Of a stretch of DNA of 64,000 bases, positions 35,860 to 47,892 are shown piece after piece. Source of the stretch: Atractiella rhizophila (taxonomy: Eukaryota); NCBI GenBank assembly GCA_021432655.1, contig MU271349.1, positions 3,442 to 67,441 on the forward strand, given 5' to 3'. Each line of letters opens with the position of its first letter. Position 1 is the first letter of the stretch. The notes under the pieces were generated by a model. It ran no database searches, was not told the DNA's origin, and was given only the letters and a program-made list of their open reading frames with translations. A program made the position numbers and the translations under genes.

Positions 35860-37727
35860 CTAGGTCTGTTGCTCCTCTCTCTGTTTTCGCTCTTCGTAAG
35901 TCTCTTCATCACAGTCAAACCATTGCTCCGAGTACGTTGGAGAATTTCCCGCTGGAGGACGTTCTCTGATGTCATATCCCGATAACTCGAGAGGAAGGGA
36001 TAAGTTCTCTGCGGCTTGCCTCAATCTGGACTGAGCATTGATCGATTGTCCAGAAAATGGTTGTGCATCTCCATCTGGGCTGAACAGCGTCAGATCCATA
36101 CGTTCCGCAAAGGTCAACTTGGACTCGTCAATGACTGGGGGAGGTGATTTATATACGACGAGTTGGCGAAGTTTCGGGAATGCATTGGTTTCGATCCATT
36201 CCGCGAGGTGATTGAAGTTGACATACGTGCAATTATCAAATCGAAGGTATTCGAGTGAGGGCATAGCTGCTTTCTGTTTTGCTTTCGGATTTAAGTATAA
36301 CGCCCCAAGTGCAAGGTAGATGAGGTTACTGAACCCGTTGAGGAACTTCCAAAGATAGGAGGTTGACATAGAGGTTGACAGCTCCCAGCTCTTGCAACGA
36401 ACAGTTAATCGTCGAAGAGAGTCCCTTGTAGCATTCTGTAAATCGGGGAAAAAGCTGTTGTAAGGAACGTCAAGCTCGAGGTCGAGTTCGATCAAGGCAG
36501 GTATTTGAGGAATGAAGGCTAAGAGGCGACGAGCGGAGACGGCTCTATTCGGGAAACAGTAAAGGTATCTGAGGTTAGGGAGACTGAGTTTCCGGAATTC
36601 CACGAGAGCGTTTTCTTCATCCGAGTCCCTGACCTCATCCAAGTCCCAAGTTTTCGCCGCCGCCCACTTTGACAGGGACAGGCGTTCATCCCCCGTTTCC
36701 CAGCTGCGCCGAAAATCAAGAGTGACAAGTGAAGGTAGACATTTGAGGAATTTAGGTATTGAGGCTGGAGAGAGTGCTCCGCGGGCTTCAGGCTTAGAAA
36801 AATGGCAATCGCTTATCTCAAGAATCTTCACTCCTTTTAAAGTTTCTAGAGCCCTCCACATGTACCCCCAGACCCAATCGAGGGATGTGTGCAGCGTGAT
36901 CTTGACTAAGTTAGGGCATAGTAGCAGAAGTTTGATCCTCGATAGAGAAGCAGAAAGAGAAAGAGGTATTCCAAACGAATGCTCTTGAAAGGCGATTCTT
37001 AGATGGCGAACTGGACTTGACGGATCGCTGCTCTGGAGGAATCGAGTAAGATTGTAACCTCCACCACGCACGGCACCAGGATTTTGACAGAAGAGCTCCA
37101 AAATCTACTGCAACATGAGTCCGTTTGACCAAATTGTTTGACGCTTAAATTTCTTACCACAGGATACATTCTTCTGGATAGAAGCAAGAGCTTTAAGCGG
37201 GAGGGCGTCCTTTTCCGAAGTACCTTGTCATCGTCTGAAGACTCATCTGACCCTGAATCGTCCTCATAGTAGGATATGTATCTGGTACGCTTTTTTTTCG
37301 GGGGAGGCGGTCGTACGTTGTCAATGAGAGCGATAGTTTCGGAAAAGATATTGGATAAAAGCTCGTTTGGAAGCATCTCGAACGTGGAGAGAGGAACAGC
37401 GACCTCGCTCTTCTTCTTGCTCTTGCTCTTTTTAGGAGGTTTTGTCGTCGAAGTTGCTGTAGGCTGAGTTGGCCGAGGTTTGAGGCCAAAAGGTTTCATT
37501 GAAAAATGAACATTCGCCATCTTCTCATACAGCGTCGTAAAGTCGAGGCTGGGATTGTCGTGGCGACATTCCTGCGTTGAAAACTGCACCACAGAAGTGA
37601 GGACGTCTATCAAGTCCTTGTCTTGATAACTTCCATCAAACTCCACCAAGGGGCAGTATTTCAGCACCCAGGTGAGTAAAGTAGTTTCCAATGCCCGTCG
37701 GGCTCGAACGTTTTTTGGTCGAGCCAT
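35860..37727 (-). CDS. F-box-like + LRR protein, copy B (intron ~37105-37157)
   Basis: Paralog of copy A; two ORFs joined by a GTAAGA...AG intron at the same position as in copy A. Confidence 0.78.
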
Positions 37728-37932
37728 GATAGACGGGTTATCTCGTGTTTAAACTGAGAACGACGCGACTTTCTTGTTGGTAGTTCCCCCACTGATTCTT
37801 TGGCGAGCTAGGACTGAGCAGAAAGCTTGATAAGTCTGCAACAGGTTGAGCCTGTTTGTGAAGTAACGGAACCATGAGCATTCCAGTTAAGGTTAGAGTC
37901 CCAAAATTTATCCACCACTGGACTTCAACATC

Positions 37933-38367
37933 ATGGAGGACGAACTTTTCTCAGTCTTCACCGCAGGCTCAGCGCCAGTTCCAGCACCCTCGAAGAAGCG
38001 GCTAGCTGCAGTGGAAACTCCCAAAAATGAACAACCCCCTGCTAAAAAAGCCAGGCATGCATCTGAGGCTGAGGAGGACAAGCCTAAGGAGGAGGTGGAG
38101 CGGCCACTGATCAAGATATCTGAGGCAGATGCGTTTGAGGAGACTAAGGAATACGAAATTCCAGCTGCTCACGGATTTGGGGCAGAGAAGAAAGAAGGCG
38201 AACAAATAGAGAAAGTGCAAATGAGGACTGACCTCCACATGTACCCCCAGACCCAATCGAGGGATGTGTGCAGCGTGATCTTGACTAAGTTAGGGCATAG
38301 TAGCAGAAGTTTGATCCTCGATAGAGAAGCAGAAAGAGAAAGAGGTATTCCAAACGAATGCTCTTGA
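37933..38367 (+). pseudogene. Chimeric ORF: MTR4 exon 1 (99 aa) fused to antisense F-box sequence
   Basis: MEDELF...VQMRT nearly identical to the ORF at 39324, then continues in antisense F-box DNA to TGA at 38367. Confidence 0.8.
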
Positions 38368-39106
38368 AAGGCGATTCTTAGATGGCGAACTGGACTTGAC
38401 GGATCGCTGCTCTGGAGGAATCGAGTAAGATTGTAACCTCCACCACGCACGGCACCAGGATTTTGACAGAAGAGCTCCAAAATCTACTGCAACATGAGTC
38501 CGTTTGACCAAATTGTTTGACGCTTAAATTTCTTACCACAGGATACATTCTTCTGGATAGAAGCAAGAGCTTTAAGCGGGAGGGCGTCCTTTTCCGAAGT
38601 ACCTTGTCATCGTCTGAAGACTCATCTGACCCTGAATCGTCCTCATAGTAGGATATGTATCTGGTACGCTTTTTTTTCGGGGGAGGCGGTCGTACGTTGT
38701 CAATGAGAGCGATAGTTTCGGAAAAGATATTGGATAAAAGCTCGTTTGGAAGCATCTCGAACGTGGAGAGAGGAACAGCGACTTCGCTCTTCTTCTTGCT
38801 CTTGCTCTTTTTAGGAGGTTTTGTCGTCGAAGTTGCTGTAGGCTGAGTTGGCCGACGTTTGAGGCCAAAAGGTTTCATTGAAAAATGAACATTCGCCATC
38901 TTCTCATAAAGCGTCGTAAAGTCGAGGCTCGGATTGTCGTGGCGACATTCCTGCGTTGAAAACTGCACCACAGAAGTGAGGACGTCTATCAGGTCCTTGT
39001 CTTGATAACTTCCATCAAACTCCACCAAGGGGCAGTATTTCAGCACCCAGGTGAGTAAAGTAGTTTCCAATGCCCTTCGGGCTCGAACGTTTTTTGGTCG
39101 AGCCAT
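38232..39106 (-). pseudogene. 3'-truncated F-box/LRR copy C
   Basis: Near-identical to copy B up to WVWGYMWR, then runs into antisense MTR4 and stops at 38169. Confidence 0.8.
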
Positions 39107-39323
39107 GTTAGACGGGTTATCTCGTGTTTAAACTGAGAACGACGCGACTTTCTTGTTGGTAGTTCCCCCACTGATTCTTTGGCGAGCTAGGACTAGGACT
39201 GAGCTGAAAGCTTGATAAGTCTGCAACAGGTTGAGCCTGTTTGTGAAGGTAAAGTAACGGAACCGTCAGCATTCCAGTTAAGGTTAGAGTCCCAAAATTT
39301 ATCCACCACTGGACTTCAACATC

Positions 39324-42300
39324 ATGGAGGACGAACTTTTCTCAGTCTTCACCGCAGGCTCAGCGCCAGTTCCAGCACCCTCGAAGAAGCGGCTAGCTAC
39401 AGCGGGAACTCCCAAAAATGAACAACCCCCTGCTAAAAAAGCCAGGCATGCATCTGAGGCTGAGGAGGACAAGCCTAAGGAGGAGGTGGAGCGGCCACTG
39501 ATCAAGATATCTGAGGCAGATGCGTTTGAGGAGACTAAGGAATACGAAATTCCAGCTGCTCACGGATTTGGGGCAGAGAAGAAAGAAGGCGAACAAATAG
39601 AGAAAGTGCAAATGAGGACTGGTGTGAGCACTTTTGTTTCTCTAATGTTGACACTGTTGGGTCCGACAGTTGAGGTTTGTGCATGGCTGTAGATTAAACA
39701 TCAAGTTGCCATCCCACCCGGTTATGCATATCAGCCGTTGTCTCAGCATGTTCCACCAGAGAAACCTTTCAGAGTGTACCCGTTCACACTCGACCCGTTT
39801 CAGCGCACGTCCATTTCTTGTATTGAGAGGAACGAAAGTGTGCTGGTCTCTGCACACACTTCTGCGGGAAAGACAGTGGTAGCCGAATATGCAATTGCTC
39901 AAGCTCTAGCTTCAAAGCAGAGGGTCATTTATACTTCACCCATCAAGGTAGCTCTCTTTCTCACTATTCTACACATCGTGAGAAGGATTTTGAATACTCT
40001 TCGTTTAAGGCTTTGAGTAATCAGAAATTTCGAGATCTCGGAGATGTCTTTGGAGACGTAGGTTTAATGACAGGAGATGTGACAATCAACGAAAAGGCAT
40101 CTTGTCTGGTAATGACAACAGAGGTAGGTTTCCATCCCTGTTCCTTCAAGTGATCTGATTTGGAGATACAGATTCTTCGGTCGATGCTTTATCGAGGCAG
40201 CGAGATCATGCGGGAAGTCTCATGGGTCATCTTCGACGAGATTCACTACATGCGCGACCTGGAACGCGGGGTTGTTTGGGAGGAGACCCTCATCCTCCTT
40301 TCTCACAGCGTGCGCTACGTCTTCCTCTCCGCCACTATCCCCAACGCCTTTCAATTCGCATCTTGGATCGCCGCCACTCATTCACAACCATGTCACGTCG
40401 TCTATACCGACTATCGTCCTACACCACTGCAACATTATATCTTTACTGCGGGTGGATCGGGCATGCATCTCGTCGTTGATGAGAATGGTCAGTTTCGGGA
40501 AGACAGCTTCGGAAGGGCCATGGGCTCGTTAGGTCCGGAGTCTAGGGAGGCATTGGATGGAAGTGCTGGTGGAGGCGCAGGTGGGAAGAAGGGGAAAAAG
40601 GGAAAGGGAGGGACCAAAGGGCCGTCAGACATCTACAAAATCGTCAAGATGATTATGATGAAGAATTATCAGCCAGTCATCATTTTTGCTTTTTCGAAGC
40701 GAGAGACGGAAGCTTTGGCAATGCAGATGACCAAATTCGAATTCAATACGCCAGAAGAACAAGATCAAGTCAAGGAAATTTTTGACAACGCGATTGCCAG
40801 TCTCAGCGAAGAAGACAAGGAACTCAGCGCAATCGCTTCCATCCTTCCCCTGCTCAAAAAGGGCGTCGGCATTCACCACGGTGGTCTTCTCCCAATTCTG
40901 AAGGAAGTCATCGAGATCCTTTTCGGCGAGGGACTTCTCAAAGTCCTTTTTGCAACCGAAACGTTTTCGATTGGTCTCAACATGCCAGCAAAGACTGTGG
41001 TCTTCACTAACGTCCGGAAGTTCGACGGGAAGGACTTTCGGACACTTGTAGGTTCACTCCTTAGATTCTGGTGTATTTTGATTGTTTGGCTCAGAGTTCT
41101 GGAGAATACATCCAGATGTCGGGAAGAGCGGGTCGCCGTGGAAAGGACGATCGTGGGATAGTGATAATGATGGTGGACGACAAGTTGGAACCGGCAGCTG
41201 CGAAATCAATGGTGAAAGGCGAGGCGGATAGACTCGACTCTGCCTTCCATCTTGGGTACAACATGGTCCTCAACCTCATGCGCGTCGAAGGAGTCAGTCC
41301 TGAATACATGCTTGAGAAGTGCTTCTACCAGTATCAGAGCGCGGAAAAGTTACCGGAAATCGATAACGGTTCGTTATTTCTCCAGCCGTTTACAAAGCAC
41401 AGCTGAGAACTGCATCCTAGAAATCGCGCAGCTGAAGGTTCAAGTTAATGCAATAAAATTCGAGGATGAGGATACAATCGCAGACTATTATGAGCTCCGG
41501 AAGCAACTCGATATCCTGAAAGAGGACTTCAGAGACTGTTGCAATCATCCAACCTACTCTCTTCCCTTCCTTCAGATCGGTCGGCTAGTCCGTGTTAAGT
41601 ATGAGGATGCTGATTTTGGATGGGGAGTGGTTGTGACTTACAAGAAGAGACTTACCAAAGGGGTATGCGGTCCTTGTCCTCTCTATGCAGGCATTGATGG
41701 GACGTGAAAATTGGGGCAGTTGAAAGACGACGACACGTCTGTACCAGACACCCACAAATTCATTGTCGATGTTCTTCTCCTCGTGTCATCCTCATCATCC
41801 ATCAATCCCAAGTCCCATGCCTCAACAGCTCTAGAAGCTGGTATTCGACCTCCTTCCCCTAACGAACAAGGAGAATTCGCCGTTGTACCCGTCCTTCTGT
41901 CTCTTCTCGATGGCATCTCCCTCGTCCGCCTCAATCTGCCGGATGAACTCAAAACCCCCGCTAAACGTCAACAAGTGAAGAAAACGTTGGATACAGTGCT
42001 CGGCAAGTTTGGTGGGCCGGAAACTGTACCTCTCCTTGATCCAGTGAAGAACATGAATATCGAAGGGAAGACGTTTACGGATCTCTTGAAGAAAATCGAT
42101 GCTCTTGAGGGTCGGCTGCGAGGGAACAAACTGCACAAAGATCCACACCTCGCAGAGCAATACTCGAAATATGCGGAGAAGATGGCCCTTCAAGAGAAGA
42201 TCAAGCAACTCAAGAAGAAGATGACGGGGACAAAGAGCGTGCTGCATCTAGATGAGCTCAAAAACCGAAAAAAGGTGTTAAGACGGTTGGGATTTGTGAC

Positions 42301-43043
42301 TAAGGATGGGGTAGTGGAGCAGAAGGGGAGGGTCGCCTGCGAAATCTCGAGCGGGGATGAGCTTCTCCTTACAGAAATGATTTTCAATTCTGTCTTCAAC
42401 GACTTGTCGCCTGAGCAATGTGCTGCTCTCCTCAGCTGCTTTGTCTTCAGCGAGAAGGTTTGTATTTTTATGTTCCGTGGGCTGCTTTTCAATGTTGTAA
42501 CAGAGCGAGAAGATTCCATCCTTGAAAGAAGAACTGTCTGGACCTCTGAGAATCATGCAAGAGATGGCTCGGCGGATAGCTCAAACGCAGAAGGAATGTC
42601 GGATGGAAATTGATGAGCAAGAATATGTCGACTCCTTCAAAGTCGGTCTTATGGATGTGGTTTTCCAATGGTGCAAAGGGGCAAACTTTGCAGAGGTTTC
42701 ACAAGTTTGTCCTGTTTCTCTCGACCATCGCTTGGGCTAATGTTCGTCGCTATCGTGTGCAGGCAACGGACGTATTTGAAGGATCCCTGATTCGTGCTTT
42801 CAGACGGTTGCAAGAGCTCCTCAGGCAGATGTCCATGGCTGGTTTGTCTTTTCTCCCCCTGTCAGCAAGCTGCCTAACGGAATTGCAGCGAAAGCGATAG
42901 GTAATGAAGAGCTGGAGAACAAATTTCAAGCCTGTAAGTGCGGTTTTACGCGATTGGTGCCACTGCTGATGCCTTTTATAACAGCGTTGACGTGCTTAGA
43001 GCGCAAAAACTCTGTTGTGTTTAATCCATCACTATATTTGTAA
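39324..43043 (+). CDS. MTR4: Ski2-like exosome RNA helicase Mtr4/Dob1, multi-exon
   Basis: [99 protein letters not shown]-terminal VVFNPSLYL*. Confidence 0.97.
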
Positions 43044-43881
43044 TGAATTCCCAAAACTGCTACCGTATGGAAGTTACTTCTTGTCTGTTTTGCGTAAGTC
43101 CACTTAACACTCGTTTGGTTTTATCGCTGATGAGATGGTCAGCCTGTCACTTGATCCTGCTCCCGTCACTGTATCCGCAATCATTGCCTTCTTGCGACTT
43201 ATCATACGACGCGTCAAATACCTGTCGTAGCCCTTGGGTGGCTGTCACTCATGCAAAGTAACCTTGAACGAGATGAAACTCAGGCTGCTTTCCTTGCTAG
43301 ACACACTGCATCGTAGCATGATAGAAGTAAGGACGTACCAGGGCTGTCCTCGTGTTTTACAGTGTTTCAAAGCATCCTGTTTTGCTCACTGGTGCTGCAC
43401 ATGATGCCATTTCATGAACAGAGACAGAGATTCTTATCTAACAAGTCCGTTCAAACGGCTTGCGAGTAGGCTCTACCGAGAATAGAACCAGCAGAAGTGG
43501 TGAATTCTGGTTCAGGCCGCTGTAGCAGATCGAAGCAATCTGTGGTGGGACACAAGGTGCTGACGAAAGCGAAAGCGTGTTTGGAGAAGATGTAGCCTAT
43601 TGCTCCCTTCAGATGCAGTCATGGACATATTGCTGGGTCGAATTCTTCTGAGTTCAGTTTCGACTCCCGGTCCAATTTCGACATAGAACTTCATATGTTT
43701 CACTTGATTTCTGTGCTCAAAATGAGATCTTCGACTGCTGAATTCTTTACCACTGATGAATTATATTAATATTCATACTTCAAGGACTTGGTTAAAGACA
43801 GGTTCGAGTACTCATGGTTCTATATTTACAGTAATTCGCTCGGTGTCCTAACAACAGGTTAAATATCAGCCACGACCAGCA

Positions 43882-44900
43882 TTACCTGGACGCAATCGCA
43901 CGCTCTTCAGTCGTCATTCCCGCAGATTCACGATTTCTATCTCTTTCTAGTACCTTCTCTTGATAGCCAAATTCAAGCAAAGGGCTGAGTTGGAACAGAC
44001 GGTGGGAATGGGACAAACCTGGATAATCGGCATTTGCGAGCGTGGTATTCGACAAGGATGTAGAGGTTGAAATTTTGCTGCATATGGCCAATTCCTGAAA
44101 GAGGAAGAGAACGTTGTCGCATCAAGTCCACCTCGGACGGTCCGAAGAGGATGCTGCCCATAAAGCTCTCAGATAAGTAGGGAGTGGGCAGGTTCAGTTT
44201 CGAGCAACACGTCCAACGACCAAAGACAACTTGGATCGCTTGTGGGAGAAGTTCAGGCGACCATTTTGAACCCAAATTGCTATGGTCAGAGAAGAATATG
44301 ACTTGAGTCGCGGAAAAGGATCATAACCTGCTCGAGAGTTAGTATAGCACCACTTGTTGTTGGGGGTTCGATGGACATCTTGAAGTTCATCCATCCAATT
44401 GAAGTATGCATGCAGTATACACCACTGTCATCGAGCTTTGAGTAAAATTCCGAGTAAACAAATCTGCCGCGGTCTCTATTCCCCTTCGAAATGGAATCCT
44501 CACGGAATCGTAAGCGTCCTTCTTCGACCAGAATAAAATTCAAAACGTTGCTGTTGGGCAGAAAGTCCTTGCTGTAGTCAAGTGATCCATGGTCCTGCAA
44601 CGGGAAAGAGTTTTGGTATCCTTCCTTTCGAAAATCGACTGGCAGCACAGGTCGAGCTTGTTTAACGACATTTTGCTTTCCATCTCACAAACTGAACAAG
44701 ACAACGTACCCAAACGTCTGTGTCATCTTCCTTTAGTAGACGACACCATTGAACCCTCTGTAACCCGCTTGAGTGCGAATTCATCTCTTCCGAGTCCCAC
44801 TATAGAGTTGGATCATCCAGTCTACGTGGCTTCTTAGACACCCATTGGAATAATCACACTCGCGGTGGATGGCATTGAGGGAGGCTGACGCGCTCGTGGG
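43882..44900 (-). CDS. Possible multi-exon hypothetical gene
   Basis: Open segments that can be joined by GT-AG introns (…SKLDDS|DVHRTPNNKWCYTNSRA|AIWVQNGRLNF…); no recognisable domain; ends uncertain. Confidence 0.3.
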
Positions 44901-45577
44901 TAAAATAAAGGTAATTCCCAGGTTATCTCAGCGATAAACAAAGGAGGAGAACCATTAATGAATTGGTAACAAGCAAGCAAAGATAGTGGTCGCTTCCCGC
45001 CAAATGATAATGAGTCGTTTGTTTAGGCCCGGGAACTGCCATAACCGGCCGGGAACACCCGACGGCCATTTCACAAGTTCTGGCGACGTCATACAAAAGC
45101 ACCTTTCCGTCTCTCAAGCGCGACTTCCCCAGACTTTCTACTACCATCAAAACAAAGTAACAAATCCACCAAGGAGCTTGCCAGCATAACGAATAAGTGC
45201 GTCTCCTTCTTGCTTAATTTGGGCAGACCATATTTGGTTTGGCAGCTCTCCAAGTTGGGACTTTGCAGAAGATGATACTGATGAGCTTCTCTTTTGGTTG
45301 CTAGCATCATGTCTTCCATGTCTTCCGTGCCTGGTGTCCGAATCACAGGTTAGTGATTTACCGTTGATTCCCACATCTTGCTTTCCCCAGCTTTCGGCAT
45401 GGATCGGAAGGCATGCCTTCTTCCTTTGCACGGCTTTCCTTCCGTTCTGTGGAGAGGACTTACAAATATCAATGCTGACTATCATGCTTTTGATCCCTGT
45501 CTTCCCCATCCCCTTTTATCAACCCTGCTCGACGCGTCAACTTGGCTCGGAACGTAACGAACACAACTTGGCTCGAT

Positions 45578-47673
45578 ATGTCCTCCATTTCGAACGTTCA
45601 TGGTGTTAATGTGACAGCTCCTGTTGAAGGGGCGCATAAGGAAATCCTTACCAGTGAAGCGTTGGAGTTCCTCGCTAAGCTGCACAGGACCTTTAATCCT
45701 ACTCGTTTGCAGCTATTGGAGAGCAGGAAGAAAGAGCAGGAGAGGTTCGTTTCCACCCGTCTTTCATCGAGTGAAGGAGCTAACTAGTCACGTTGGATGA
45801 CGGTGACAGACTCGATAAAGGCGGAGTGATTGACTTTTTGGAGGAAACCAAGTGGGTGAGGGAAGATGGCACTTGGACGGGTCCTCCTGTCGCGTGAGTT
45901 TCTCTCTTTCCTTCAGAGAAGCATGTTGAGAGAAGTTGTGTAACAGACCAGGTCTGGAGGACCGACGAGTCGAGATTACTGGACCTGTCGATCGAAAAAT
46001 GGTCATCAACGCTCTTAATTCTGGATCCAACACGTACATGGCTGATTTCGAAGGTCTGTGTTTCAATGGTTCGAAGTATTTGTTATCATGCTGACGGTAT
46101 ATATTACTAGATTCCACCACCCCGACATGGCACAATCTTCTGGATGGACAGGTCAATCTTCGAGACGCTAATCGACGCACTATAGATTTCAAGGACAAGA
46201 GCGGAAAGGAATACAAGCTAAAGGATGTTCCCAAGCTAACCACTCTCATCGTTCGGTTTGTACTTTTTCTTACAATCCTTCCAAATGCTGAAATCCAAGC
46301 CAACTCAGTTCACGCGGATGGCACCTTCCTGAACCCCATGTTATCATCGATGGCGTGGAGATGTCAGGCTCTATCTTCGATTTCGGCCTATACTTTTTCC
46401 ACAATGCTAAACTCCTCCTCGAACGCGGAGCTCAAGGTCCTTATTTTTACCTCCCCAAAATGGAACATTACCTTGAAGCAAGGCTGTGGAACGGTCCGTG
46501 TTTCCTCCCCTTCCATTCTGTTTCCATCCGTGAGAAGGACATGCGAAGCTAAAACTGCTTTTTCGATGCTCAGACATCTTCCGAATGGCGCAAAGCTTGC
46601 TCGGCATTCCACGAGGCACGATCCGGGCGACGGTGCTCATTGAGACCATCCATGGCGCATTCCAAATGGATGAGATCCTCTTTGAACTCAGAGAACATTC
46701 CTCTGGCCTCAACTGTGGACGATGGGACTGTAAGATTATTTGTTTCTCCCTCTGTCTGCATTGGGGTCTGACGAGAGTGAACAGATATCTTCTCCTTCAT
46801 CAAGAAGTTTAGGATGAACCCGAAATTCGTTCTACCCGATCGATCGGCTGTCACCATGACTGTTCCCTTCATGTCGGCTTATGTTAACCTGCTAATCAAG
46901 ACTTGCCATCGGTATGTTCTCTATTCCTTTCTGAAGAAAGAGCCGGATCTGATTGCATTCAGTCGTGGAGTCGCAGCTATCGGAGGAATGGCCGCCCAGA
47001 TTCCCATCAAAAACGACGAGAAAGCGAATTCTGCTGCCATGGATAAAGTCACTGCAGACAAGCTACGAGAAGTGAAAGCAGGCCACGATGGTACTTGGGT
47101 CGCACATCCGGGTCTCATTCCGCTAGCGAGGAAAGTATTTGACGAGCACATGAAGGGACCTAACCAATACCACATCCGTCGAGAGGAGGTGAAGGTCACA
47201 GCTATGGACTTAACCAACACAAATGTGCCGGGAGAGATCACGGAGGCTGGAATTCGATCAAACGTGATGGCACTCCTCAATTACTGTTCAAATTGGGTCG
47301 GAGGTCTCGGATGTGTCGCAATCGCAAACATGATGGAGGATGCGGCGACGGCTGAAATCGCAAGAGCACAGCTCTGGCAATGGGTCAAACATGGATCGAA
47401 GACGGATAAGGGGAAGCTCATCACTCCCGAATTCATCGACGGATTCATCAAGGAAGAAGCGGAGAAGATCAAAAGTCCCGCAAAAGAGAAAGTCGAAGTT
47501 GCGAGGTCTTATCTCGCTAAACAGGTATCACCTTTTACTCTTTCAGGTCGCTGAAGAACAGGCCCAGCTGATTTTCCTGCTTCCAGATCCGTCAGGACAT
47601 CCTGAGCGACTTCTTGACCAGCGATCTCCTCCCATACCTGGACCAGTTCACGTTGGGGAAGCCCAAGCTCTGA
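45578..47673 (+). CDS. MLS1: Malate synthase (glyoxylate cycle), PTS1-like C-terminus -PKL
   Basis: [84 protein letters not shown]; last exon [28 protein letters not shown]. Confidence 0.97.
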
Positions 47674-47892
47674 TGAGGGAAGGACGTCTATCAGATCATA
47701 TTCAGTTATATCATTTGAAAGAGTCATTGAAGAAGCTGCAATTGGGTTGCAAATTGGATGTGCGTGACTGTGCGTGACAGTGCATCACAGATGGGGAACG
47801 AGAATGAAACAACATTGTACATTATGGTTCTGCATCTACGACAATTTGAACATGATGATACGTATGATATTAGCGAGTAAAAATGTACTCTT

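Larger units (their letters stand above)
36853..39621. repeat. Very recent tandem duplication, ~1.38 kb (36853-38230 vs 38232-39621)
   Basis: Almost identical copies holding the 5' half of F-box gene B, the divergent promoter and MTR4 exon 1. Confidence 0.95.
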
